Shown here: piece after piece, positions 31,701-42,762 of the stretch
How positions within the stretch are numbered: the stretch's first letter is position 1
Layout: the number at the start of each line of letters is the position of its first letter
Assembly: GCA_000004985.1 (NCBI GenBank)
Contig: GG738888.1
DNA length: 64,000 nt
Direction: 5' to 3' (one strand)
From: Naegleria gruberi
Taxonomy: Eukaryota
Translations under genes and position numbers: made by a program
The notes under the pieces: generated by a model
Databases searched by the model: none
Seen by the model: only the letters and a program-made list of their open reading frames with translations
What the model was told of the DNA's origin: nothing

Positions 31701-32672
31701 TTAGATATGAGACTTGCCATCAAGAATGATAAAAGAGTGATCATTGTAAAAATTGAAAATGTACCAATACCAGTAACAACAACGGAAGAAACCAAATGTG
31801 AAATTATTGATAACTGCACCCAAGAAGTATCTACAGAACATATCAGTAGTATCAGCAGTCCATTCGAATCTCATTTCAACTGGTGAAGTAATTGGTTGAC
31901 CAATGATTGGATATTGTGAGCTATATTGAACATTGTAATTGATTTGAGTTTTCTTATTTCTTTCTCTCAATTGAGAAGCAACTTGTGGTGGAATAACAAC
32001 GAATTGACCTCTTCCATATCTAACTTGTTCCAAAAACTTTGGATTATAATATTGGTGGACGAAAGGATATAAGAAACCAAATGTCAAAATAGCACAAGTC
32101 TTCATCAAGGTATATAACAATTCTCTTTGCCATCCAAGATGAACACCATAATAACGAATCACTCCACGACAATCATTTTCAGGTTGCCAAACCACAAACT
32201 CATCCAAATTTGGAAAACTTCCACTTGCTTCCATCTTTTCATCTTGAGTTGGTTTTCTTGGCTTTACCTCCTCTGCCCAATGAATTCTCTCATCCAAATG
32301 AGAATAATAATGAACTGTCATTTGTCCACTAATGTACCAAATGCCGAGCGTCAAATAATTCAACATGTTATTCCAGAAACATCTAAAAATAATGCCAAAA
32401 CCATGAGAAGTATCATAATTCAAACGACGATTACCAATTCTCATCTTTCTAACTTCGTAACGAGTAATTTGATTGACGAATAAGAGTTCTGAAAGTCCCA
32501 ATGTGATTACCTTGAACAAGAAGAACATTATTGCTTCACATGGGTTGTGTTCTCTGCAACCAAAGATTCTATTCTTGACATGACGTTCTTGGTTGAGTTG
32601 GTGGATATTGAGAGGGGTCTTTTGCGAGGAAGGAGAGGTGGAGGTAGCTCCTTGCATTTCGTATGAAGCCAT
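31701..32672 (-). CDS. Hypothetical multi-pass membrane protein (~324 aa)
   Basis: Long ORF. The best ATG, at 32672 (MASYEMQG...), is preceded by an A-run. Several hydrophobic segments are present. The 3' end is uncertain: a TM-like alternative frame at 31613..31819 suggests possible unresolved splicing. No family is recognised. Confidence 0.45.
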   Translation of the reverse strand: MASYEMQGATSTSPSSQKTPLNIHQLNQERHVKNRIFGCREHNPCEAIMFFLFKVITLGLSELLFVNQITRYEVRKMRIGNRRLNYDTSHGFGIIFRCFWNNMLNYLTLGIWYISGQMTVHYYSHLDERIHWAEEVKPRKPTQDEKMEASGSFPNLDEFVVWQPENDCRGVIRYYGVHLGWQRELLYTLMKTCAILTFGFLYPFVHQYYNPKFLEQVRYGRGQFVVIPPQVASQLRERNKKTQINYNVQYSSQYPIIGQPITSPVEMRFEWTADTTDMFCRYFLGAVINNFTFGFFRCCYWYWYIFNFYNDHSFIILDGKSHI

Positions 32673-33146
32673 TTTGAATAGTTTTTTTTTGAGTATTGTG
32701 AAGAAGTGAAGAAGAGAAGAATGAGGGGAAAATTTATTCGAAAGTTGTTTTAAGTTTGTTTTCATGTACTTTCTATATTTGTTATCTTCATGTGGTTTCA
32801 CTAAATTTCAGTATGCGAAACATCACAATAAACTTGTTACTTGTCATTTTCCTTCTTCATTTGACTGAAGTCTAACATATTACACAAGACATATCCTAAT
32901 TCACTGAAGTATATTCAAGACATTAGACTTACTAAACTTGGAAGGTTGTCCAAGTTTTTTTTCTTCATGCTGAAAACAAACTTGGCATCTCATGACAACT
33001 AACACAAATTCGACTCGGAATACAATTGTAATAACTAAGGTTTTTACAATTTCATACACTTTCTTTTCTTTTAATAGAATCGAATTAACCAAAGCTCTTT
33101 TGGTTTATTGGCCAGTAGTTCTATAATATTAATATAATTATAAAAA

Positions 33147-34303
33147 ATGCGTAAACGGACAGAAAGTGATTCTTCTCTGTTGAAATTACCTACAGAAATT
33201 CTTAGAGTCATTCTCTCCTTTCTGAACTATCCGAATACATCAGAATATTGGAAAGTTGCAGACGAAACACTTTTCCATCATCCTATTTCAATGATACTTG
33301 AAAATATGAAACGAATGGTTTTAAATTTGCAATCTATTTGTTCATTCTTTCAAAATGATGACATTCCGATTGGAAGGGAATTAAACGAATTTTGGATAAT
33401 TTTAATCCAGAGAGAATTTTACTTTCCAAAAGGATTTATTGAAAGTAAAAAGGAAAAGATCAGACCAAAAGCTAAAAGATGTTATCTACTATTACATAAA
33501 ATGGTAGAAATGAAATTTAATAATGATTGTTGTGCTATTCGAAACATTCAACATTCAGTTCAAGAATCTAATAATTTCAAAGTGTGTGTAATGGGAGAAG
33601 TAGGAGCAGGAAAATCAAATCTATGTAGAAGATGCGCCAATGATGATTTCTTTGAAGTGTTTGATATGGGAACTGTGGAAGAAATTTTTAGAAAACAAAT
33701 TAGTGTCAATAATCAAAAATTTGACATTGAATTTGAAGAACCTTCCATTTATGGTAAGTTTATTTGAGGATTTTTGAATTCAAAATTGGAATAGATGAGT
33801 TTGAAGCACTTAGAGATATGTCAGTTCGTAACTGCCAAGTGTCAATTATTGTATTTCCATCGATTCATGATTCTGTAAAATCACTAGAACATAGTTTTTC
33901 TCATTTGTATTATGAAATGCATCGAATATTGAGAATTAAGGATTGTGATGATACTCCATGCATAATTGCATTCACAAAAAGTGATTTACTATCCGAATCA
34001 GCAAGTAATAATTCTCAAATCGATACCAAAACTAAAGAAATACTTATTAGAAGATTAATTCGAAACAGGGTCATGCTAAATTGTGGAATTGTGCACATGA
34101 GTGCTAAAACTGGACAAGGTACTGAGGAAATTATGAAAGAAATTATTAATCGATATTTAATTTATTCAACCCCAAAAAATCCAACAAAAAAACAAAATTA
34201 CCAAAATTGGAATACTGAAATAATTTTACAAAAAATAATTAATAATGAAAAGGAAATTACAATATTATATCCAATCAAAAAAGGGGAGAGAAATGTAACA
34301 TGA
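33147..34303 (+). CDS. F-box domain protein fused to an atypical Ras-like small GTPase domain, 2 exons
   Basis: True ATG at 33147. An F-box (LPTEILRVILSFL) is followed by a G1 P-loop KVCVMGEVGAGKSNL and a switch I T (MGTVEE). Exon 1 ends at 33753. The 41-nt intron at 33754..33794 runs GTAAGT...GGAATAG. Exon 2 (33795..34303) continues ...DEFEALRDMSVRNCQVSIIVF, has G4 TKSD and G5 SAK. The join aligns with Ras ILDTAGQEEYSAMRD, but DTAGQ is replaced by EEPSIY. Confidence 0.75.
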
Positions 34304-34374
34304 TGTAAAAAAGGCAAATTTGTAAGTTTTACAAATTTAGAAAGCCAAAACTTTTTGTTTTTCAATACAAAAAA

Positions 34375-35676
34375 ATGCCGTCACATAAACGAAGCCGATC
34401 CTCGCTCACTTCAACAACATCATCATCAGCATCTAGCGAGGAAAATTCTTCACTGCAAGAAAAGCCTAGCAAGAAAACAAAACGTCCAAAGGCTTTGAAA
34501 AAAGTTTGTTCGGATGAAGATTTGGATGATATTCGTATTTATTTATTAACTAGAAAGGTTGATGATACAAGTGATGATTCAGATGAGAAGAATTGGAAAC
34601 GAGCTGATTATAGAGTGTTGAAGAATATTCCAAATCATGATGATGAGGATGATGAGGTTGAACCTGAATCCGAGCCTGAAGTTGTAGAAAGATCTATTGC
34701 TTGTTGTATTAGTGAATTTAATTCTGGACTGTCGGATGATACTGGAGGAGAGGAACAAGTTCGTATTGGATTTTTGTTGGAAAATAAGAGTTCTATTGAT
34801 GTTGCCTATGTAATTGGGTTTAATGGATTGGAGGCTGCTTCAAAAATTCTTAAGAGTGAACGAACAACACTGATTGGAGATTATAGAAATAATACCAAAG
34901 GCTTTTCACAAGACTTTATTGTCAGCAAGAGTAAAATGGCTCAGGACGAAAGTGAAGTAGTTGATCGTGCACTATTAGATAAATTAGGTGTTATTGAGGT
35001 GAAGATTCATCGTGCCCAGAAATCTCATCAGGGAAAATCTCATGGTGATAATTCAAAAATTAAATCCACTGAATCTCCACAAATCAAAATTAAAGAGTCC
35101 ATGATAAAGACTTCAGCCGCAATGAGCTTGAATTTTGGAGCTGTCAAACAAATCCCTTCCCAAAAAGCTGGTGGATTGACAACTTATTTCGATTATAAGG
35201 AGCTTCTTATTAACCTTGAAATTAAATATCGTAATTACATTGGATACTTGGTCGAGTTAGCCAAAGCAAATGTTCCAATTGAGCAAAAGAAAACAACTAC
35301 GGAGTCAGAAAAGAATGAAGAAGAGATTATTGAAATTGAGAGTGATGAAGATGATGAAATTCAAGAAACTACTGCACCTCCACCAATCCAAACCACTCCA
35401 GCTTTGGTGTTAACACCATTCAAAAGTCAATCCTTAATGAGCAAAGTGAAAGAAAATGTGTCACAACTAGAAGCCATGTCAACAGAAGACCTTATCAAAT
35501 TTATCAAATTAATAGACGAAAAGCTATATGAATCCGTGAAAGATCCTTTCAGAAATGAAAACATTGATGGCAGTGTCTTTTTAGCTCTCTCAGGCCAAGA
35601 ATTAAAAGAATTAGGTATTAAAATTGGAGAACAAATCAAAATCAAGCAAATCATTCAACAAGTAAGAGAGAATTAA
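34375..35676 (+). CDS. Acidic Ser/Asp/Glu-rich protein with a C-terminal SAM-like domain (433 aa)
   Basis: True ATG at 34375. There are long acidic tracts (DDEDDEVEPESEPE, ESDEDDEIQE). The C-terminal ~65 aa (LEAMSTEDLIKFIKLIDEKLYESVKDPFRNENIDGSVFLALSGQELKELGIKIGEQIKIKQII) fit the sterile-alpha-motif pattern. Confidence 0.6.
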   Translation: MPSHKRSRSSLTSTTSSSASSEENSSLQEKPSKKTKRPKALKKVCSDEDLDDIRIYLLTRKVDDTSDDSDEKNWKRADYRVLKNIPNHDDEDDEVEPESEPEVVERSIACCISEFNSGLSDDTGGEEQVRIGFLLENKSSIDVAYVIGFNGLEAASKILKSERTTLIGDYRNNTKGFSQDFIVSKSKMAQDESEVVDRALLDKLGVIEVKIHRAQKSHQGKSHGDNSKIKSTESPQIKIKESMIKTSAAMSLNFGAVKQIPSQKAGGLTTYFDYKELLINLEIKYRNYIGYLVELAKANVPIEQKKTTTESEKNEEEIIEIESDEDDEIQETTAPPPIQTTPALVLTPFKSQSLMSKVKENVSQLEAMSTEDLIKFIKLIDEKLYESVKDPFRNENIDGSVFLALSGQELKELGIKIGEQIKIKQIIQQVREN

Positions 35677-35789
35677 CCTCCATGTAAATAATTTCACATC
35701 AAATTCAACAACAATACAAGCCAAATATTGAAATTCGTGTGCTCACTCGACCTTCCTAATAAGCCAATTACACAAAAAAATGCAACAAC

Positions 35790-36857
35790 ATGAGGAAGGA
35801 AATTCTTCAAAGTAGGATTGCGGTTATTTTGAAAAAGAAAACATTATCATCATCAACAAGTGTGGAAGAAGAGACGGAGGAGAGAATAGAATCATCATAT
35901 GGAATGGAACAATATGATATTAATGATGACAAATTAATAAAAACAACAACGGATGAAATAATTATCAAGGAGGAAAGAATTTCGGAATGTAAGAAGGATG
36001 AAAATATTCCTGATAATGATGAGGAACAAGAAGAACAAACAATGGCTGAAGAAGGTGCTGCTTGTGAGGAACAAGAAGTGATTCAAGTCAAGACAGAGAA
36101 GAAGAAGCGACCTTCTCTGACAAAGGAGGAACGTTTGGAGAAGAAGAGAAAGAAATTTGAAGAAGTGAAAAGAAAAAGTGGTGAGTTGGTGGCAACTTTG
36201 GTCCTGAAAGCATTGAAAAAGAAAATGAAAAAGGAGAAGCCAGAAAGCAAGACGAAACAAAGCAAAAAACGAAGCCAAACAAGGAAGAAAGCCGAGAAGA
36301 TCAAAATTGAAGAAAAGGTCGAGGAAGACGATCGTTCAGAGGCAGAAAATACAGAAGCATTAGAAGTCAATGAAGAAGCTCAGGAATTTGATCAAGAGCT
36401 AGGAGGAATGGAATGTGGAGATTTATTGGAAGAAAAACAAGTAACAAAGCCACTTTGGCTTATTTTGATGGAAAAGATGGAAAGAGACTTGGCTCTTTTG
36501 AGTACTCAAGAAGAGGAACAAAAAGAACAAGAACAGCCAACACTTTCACCCTCACCCCCACAAGTATCACAATCACAGGAATCTCATTCGCAAGCAGAAA
36601 GTAACATTGAAGAGGATGATGAAGAAGAAATAGTATTACGAAAAACTACGGTCGAAAAGCCAAAACAAAAGAAACCTACAAACAGATCAAAAACGAAAAC
36701 CACACAAAGGAAAACAAAAGTATCCAAAGCAGCTCCCAAACGAAAGCTCGTTACCTCTGATATTCACACAAATGAAGACTATGAAAAGAATAGAAAGAGA
36801 ACAAAACAAACGAAAATCTTGAGTTTTTTTCAAAGTAATCAAGTAAGCTCTCAATAA
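35790..36857 (+). CDS. Highly charged Lys/Glu-rich nucleolar-type hypothetical protein (355 aa)
   Basis: True ATG at 35790. It has a continuous ORF with KKRKKFEEVKRK and EEDDEEE tracts. Coding status is supported only by ORF length and charged-repeat composition. Confidence 0.5.
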   Translation: MRKEILQSRIAVILKKKTLSSSTSVEEETEERIESSYGMEQYDINDDKLIKTTTDEIIIKEERISECKKDENIPDNDEEQEEQTMAEEGAACEEQEVIQVKTEKKKRPSLTKEERLEKKRKKFEEVKRKSGELVATLVLKALKKKMKKEKPESKTKQSKKRSQTRKKAEKIKIEEKVEEDDRSEAENTEALEVNEEAQEFDQELGGMECGDLLEEKQVTKPLWLILMEKMERDLALLSTQEEEQKEQEQPTLSPSPPQVSQSQESHSQAESNIEEDDEEEIVLRKTTVEKPKQKKPTNRSKTKTTQRKTKVSKAAPKRKLVTSDIHTNEDYEKNRKRTKQTKILSFFQSNQVSSQ

Positions 36858-36923
36858 TATGAATTCATAACATTCAACCTAGGACACCTAAGAATTTTAA
36901 TTTTCAATATATTTAATAATTTA

Positions 36924-39900
36924 TTAATGGTCGTGTTCTTGTGACTTTTTCAATTCCTTCATATAATCCAATTCTCCCATGACAATTGATCTCAAATAGG
37001 AAGCGTTATTTCTTCCAGTTTCCTCAATCAAAGAAGCAAAGATGGATTGTTCACTTCTGGTGAGCAAGTTTCTTGGAGTATCGAATTCAGCTAATTGACC
37101 TGCCTTCAAAGCAACAATTCTATCAGAGTCAATGATAGTGTTGAGTCTGTGAGCAACTGTCAAGACAGTTCTGTCAGAGAATTCAGTTCTAACAGTTTCT
37201 TGAAGAAGGGCATCAGTTTGCATATCAACATTGGCAGTAGCTTCGTCCATGATAAGAATCTTGGTCTTTCTCAAAATTGCTCTGGCAACACAGATTAATT
37301 GTCTTTCACCAATAGAAAAGTTTTCACCATATTCAGCAACCTTGTAAGAAAGTTGACCTTCCAATGACTTGATCTTTTCCTTAATGTGAGATCTTTCCAA
37401 AGCTTGCCAAATTTGTTGATCAGTATATTCATCAAATGGATCCAAATTGAATCTGACAGTTCCTGAGAATAAAATTGGATCTTGAGGAATAATTGCCAAT
37501 TTAGATCTGAGATCATGTAAACCAATCTTGGAAATATCTACACCATCAACAACAATTTGACCTTGAGCTACTTCTGTAATTCTGAACAGAGCTTGCATTA
37601 AGGTTGATTTACCACAACCAGTACGTCCCACAATACCAATCTTTTCAGTTGGGTTTACATGGAGGCTGAGATCTCTCAACACAAAGTCGAGTTCTTCTCT
37701 GTACTTGAAGTAGACGTTTTTGAGTTCAATTTCACCCTTTTGTGGCCATTCTTCAGCTGGCTTGGTTTCTGGAATACTCTTTGGAGCTTCTTGTGGAATT
37801 TCTTCACAATAGTAGAGAACTCTTTCAACAGAGTTCATGGCAGCTTCAGCTTCTGTTGCACAACGAACCAACCAAGAGGCAGTCGAAGTAACAGAAAGAG
37901 CATATGACAATGACAGACCAGCCATAGCAGCTGTTGTACCTCCAACTAGGGCAGCAAGTGCAGCAAATAGAATAACTACAGCTCCCACCAATTCCAAACG
38001 GAAAGCCAACCATCTTTGAGAAACAAGTTGAGCAAAGTAGGCCTTGTTATTTCTGTCCAATAACTTGTGATTTTCCAATACGAATTCTTCTTGTCTTCTG
38101 TATGCTCTAATAGTGGCAATACCAGTGAGGGTTTCACCAAAGTGTGCAAAGAGTGGACTTCTACTGATGGAATCAAGTCTCTTCAATTCACGAGAAGTAC
38201 TTCTGTAATACTTTTGAACAAAATAGTAAACCAACAAGACTGGAATAATTGGAATGATGAAAAGATAACTGACAGTAGCAATCAAAATCAAAGTACCCAA
38301 TACTGAAAAGATGCAATTCAGCAACATTCTCAAAGTACCGATAAGACTTCCGTCAATACTTTCAGTATCCTTAGAGAATCTGTTAATAATACGACCGACT
38401 GGATTGGTGTCAAAGAAATGAGTTGGTGAGTTCATAATCTTATCCAAAGCCTTGGAGTGCAATTGTTTGGCAGCTCTAAGACCAGAAAAACCAAAGGAAA
38501 GTTCTTGGAAGAACATAAAGACGGCACTTCCAACACCCAAAGCAACGTAAATACCAATAAACATTGGCAAATTGTAGCCTAATTCGGTAGGAGTGGCTGG
38601 TAGAGTGCCATTAGTAGCATTATTGACATCATAAGATGAGAATACGGTATCAAAGAGTTCAGTGGAGTTGTACATTGTACTATTGGATGCAGTACCATTG
38701 GTTGGCAGTATACTTTGTGTGGCAATAGTTGACCATTCAGCCAAGAACCAAGATGTCATAATTTGAGAAGCCTGATTCAATGTAAAGAGTAAAAGAATGG
38801 CCAACAAGACAATATAACCACCAGCATATCTAATATAACTCTTATAAACACTAGCCTTGACACTACCTTCAGCACGTTCCTCAGTAGACATTAATTTACC
38901 ATCTCTCTTCTTGATACTCTTTTCTCCTTCTTCTTCCTTTTCTTTCTTTTCTTCAGTTTCTTCTTCCTTGTCTTGCTTGAAATAGCTCTTGAGCATGGAA
39001 GAGAACTTGGAATCACTTTGAACTAATTCAGAGTGAGAGCCTTGAGCAACAATGGCACCATTTTCAACCACAATTACATGATCAGCATCCTTCAAATATT
39101 GCCATTGGTGAGTGACTAATACACGAGTCTTGTTTGATAATAATCCACAAATACAATTTTGGAATACAGATCTACCAACATGTTGATCCAATGCAGAGAG
39201 AACGTCATCGAATAAATAAACATCAGCATCAGAGTAAACTGAACGAGCTAAAGAAACTCTTTGCTTTTGACCACCTGACAAAGTGATACCCTTTTCACCA
39301 ATTTCAGTCATGTCTCCGGCTGTTAAAATTTCCAAATCATTTTCCAAGCAACAAGCTTCAATAGTCTTGTAATATTTTTCAGTATTGAAAGGATTTCCAA
39401 ACAAGATATTATCTCTTACAGTGGCATTTCTAATCCAGGCTTGTTGAGGAACATAGGCAACACTACCAGAAACTTGGAGGTTTCCTGATTGTTTGAACAT
39501 TTCACCGATAATTGCTGACAAGAGTGATGATTTACCAGAACCAACCAGACCCACAATAACAACCAAATCACCCTTCTTGACTTGAAGGTTAACATGTTGA
39601 AGTGTGAAGTCTTTCTTTTCTGGTGCTGATGCCTTTTCCTTATCATCTACAAATTGCAATTCACCTTCAGAAGCTTCTACTACCTCTTCCTCTTCTTCCT
39701 CACCTTCAGCAAGTTCAATAGTGACTTGATCTGCTTCTGCTTCTTCTTCATCTTCAAATTCATTGTACTTTTTCTTTTCAGTCTTTGATCCCTTACTCTT
39801 GGTCTTTGATTTGAGAGTAGGTTGAGCTGGCTTTTTGGCTTCAGGCTTCTTCTTATCCTTGCTTGCTGGTTCTTCCTTCTTTTCTTGGTTGGACTTCCAA

Positions 39901-41510
39901 ATAAAGGTACCATCTTCAATAATAATTGGACAATCAATATCAGATCCTAAAGTAATATCCTCAATTTCATCGGCAAGTAAATAGTTTTGAAGTCTGTCCA
40001 AACTGACCTTAGCTTCAGCAAGGAGGGCAAGAATAGTTGGCAAGAAGGTAGCTGGGAATCTCAACAAGTTGAAATAGGAAAGGGATGGGAAAATAATGTC
40101 AGCATCCAACAATCCACCAGTGGCAGCAAAGATAGCAAAAGTGGCAACACCGACAAACAATGGAGCCATAGTCATTAACATACTGGTAACAATACCAATA
40201 AATGTTGATTGAGTAATCTTCCACATTTCCTTATTTCTGATTTCCATAATCTTTTTTACAAATGAATTTTCCCAAGCATAGAATTTGATAATTCTAATAC
40301 CTTGAATAGCTTCATTAACAAACTTGATACGTTCACCAGTAAATTGAAGCATGGCCTTACGAATTTTTTGAACTACTCTGGCAATAGCACCATTTAAGGG
40401 AATAACAACAACAATAATAGCAACACCAGCTAAGGTTGACCAACCAATGAGTGAGAATAACATCGCCAAGCATACAAAAATTTGGAAAACACCACTCCAT
40501 GTCATGTGTAGATATGTCACTAGACCACAAAGCTTGTTAGCATCAATTGCCATATAATTGATAATATCACCAGAACTGATTTTTTGTCTTGCTGAATTGG
40601 ATAACCTTAAACTCTTTGCATAGATGGCAGCACTCAACCCTGTCTTGAGACGCATACCTTGTGACATGACAATGTGGAAATATTGTTGAATAAATAAAGT
40701 ACTAAATGTTTGAAGAAGGAAAAGCCCTAAAACTAATAAATAACCCTGATAAACTGGAACTGTCTCGGAATCTCTAATTGTTGAAATGATCATCTTTACC
40801 AAAATTGGACTGGTCAATTGAGAAATATCGTAGACAACTTTTAACAAACCAGCCAAGTAAAATCTGAGACCATATGTCTTGTGAATTGCATAAATTAAAC
40901 TTGGTTTGGATTGTTTTTTCTTCTTAATATTTTCATCGAGTTCGTGTGACTCGACATCTTGATGATCTTTTGCTTTGGCTGCTTCCTTGTCCCAATTCTT
41001 CTTAAAGTCATCGGAAAGGTATGCAGCTTCATCAACTTTTCTCAATTTATACAGATCAGATAATTGAAGAACCTTATTGTAACCAGTTTTCATCAATGGA
41101 TTAAACCACCAAAATGATAATCTGGAGAAGATGTTTGCTGTTTCTTCAGGACAGTCTTGTCTATTTTGTGTGTTTTCATTGAAAGAATTTATCAATGATG
41201 ATGAAAATGACAGGTATAATGATGATGGTATAATGATGACAATAAATACTAATTAGAAAACTAATAAATTACAAAATAAAACATACTGATGCTCCTCTGC
41301 AATTTGAAATTCATCCACTTCTTGAACATCTCTAAAGTATTGATCAACATTTTCAGCCATCTTTTTAGGCTCCGAAGCTTCTTCTTCAGTTTCTTTAAAA
41401 GCCAATTGAGGATTCATCACTGTAGGTTGTGAAGCTGTTCCTCTCGTAGCAACATTAGTAAAAACACCACCACCATCATTCTTATTGTATGTCGGCGATG
41501 GTTGCATCAT
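36924..41510 (-). CDS. ABC transporter, C subfamily (MRP-type, 'short' form TMD1-NBD1-TMD2-NBD2), 2 exons, ~1497 aa
   Basis: Exon 1 is 41287..41510, with ATG ATG at 41510 (MMQPSPTYN...). The 126-nt intron at 41161..41286 runs GTATGT...AAAATAG. Exon 2 is 36924..41160. The join gives ...AEEHQ-QDCPEETANIFSRLSFWWFNPLMKTGYNK, the typical ABCC N-terminus. There are two NBDs with Walker A (GLVGSGKSSL, GRTGCGKST), ABC signatures (LSGGQKQRVSLAR, FSIGERQLICVAR) and Walker B (DDVLSALD, IMDEATANVD). Confidence 0.9.
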
Positions 41511-42762
41511 TTTTAATTCTATTTAATTCTATTTGATGATGATAATGAGGATGGAACAATTGAAAAAATGGCGTATGTACGCTTCTTGATGTTCCTGTTC
41601 CGAATCAGATTCTTCTTTGGCTACAAAAGCTATTGATAGACTTTTTTGCTTTTTTTTTGCTTCAAGAATAATTGTTGTTGATTCTTTTTTGAAGGGAGGA
41701 GATGAGACATTAATTCAATGTTGATTGTTGAACAAGAAGAAAGTGCTAGCTTGATGATATTGCACCCGCACGGCCAAAAATTGTGCGTCTCTTACAATGG
41801 TGTTGAATAATGTAATTCTGAGTGAAGGAATTTGCTTTGATACCATTCGATAATATTCATGAATGGTGTGAAACTCTTGCTTAATGCACCTTATTGATGT
41901 AATTCATTGGAAAGTAAAGATTATCTTGGTGAAGAAAATAATTTTCCGATTTAAAATTAAAAAATTAAAAAAATTTCTGAACAACAACAAGCAACACGGT
42001 TCAGAGAATTGATGATTTTCAACAGCAATTCTTTATGACATTAAAAACCGTTCAATGTACAACATGATAGGACTATAAGGAATGTGAATAACATTATTTT
42101 GGAGAAATTTGTAAATAGCTACAGATTTTAAGAAGCAATTATTAATTTTCAAAAAACAATTGATGGATTGTGGAATTACAACATATATTCCTTGTTGGTA
42201 ATCATCGGATATTGTACAAGGGAATATGTGCAAATGTTTTACTTCCTGATTGCTGCATCAAATTATTGAATTTAATACTTTTATCACAATAATACTCATC
42301 ATTTAGAATAATTAGAACGCAATATAGCCTTGTTCTAAATGATCATCAATAGAAACTTCCCTTTCAACATTTGAAGAGCAAAATTTAATTTCACTCGTGT
42401 GAGAAGGAATTATTACCATGATTGAGGAAGATACAACAATAAATACATCCGGGTTGATATAATTATTTGTTATTATTAATAAATTTAATGATGATGATGG
42501 TGATGATGAATATTATCTATGATAATGAAATCTACAATCTTCATTTGAAACACCACCATCATCTGTTTAACCAATTTCAATCATTCACTGATGTTATTCT
42601 TGAAGCAAAACCCAATCGTCCATCATCACATCATTCAATCATCATTAACTTGTCAAAAACTATTTCTCGTCAACATCAAGTAAAAAAAATTCACACCTTT
42701 CACAAGTGTTGAGAGTCGTCATCCATTCTGAAGCACAGAAACAACACATAAAAAACAAAAGG

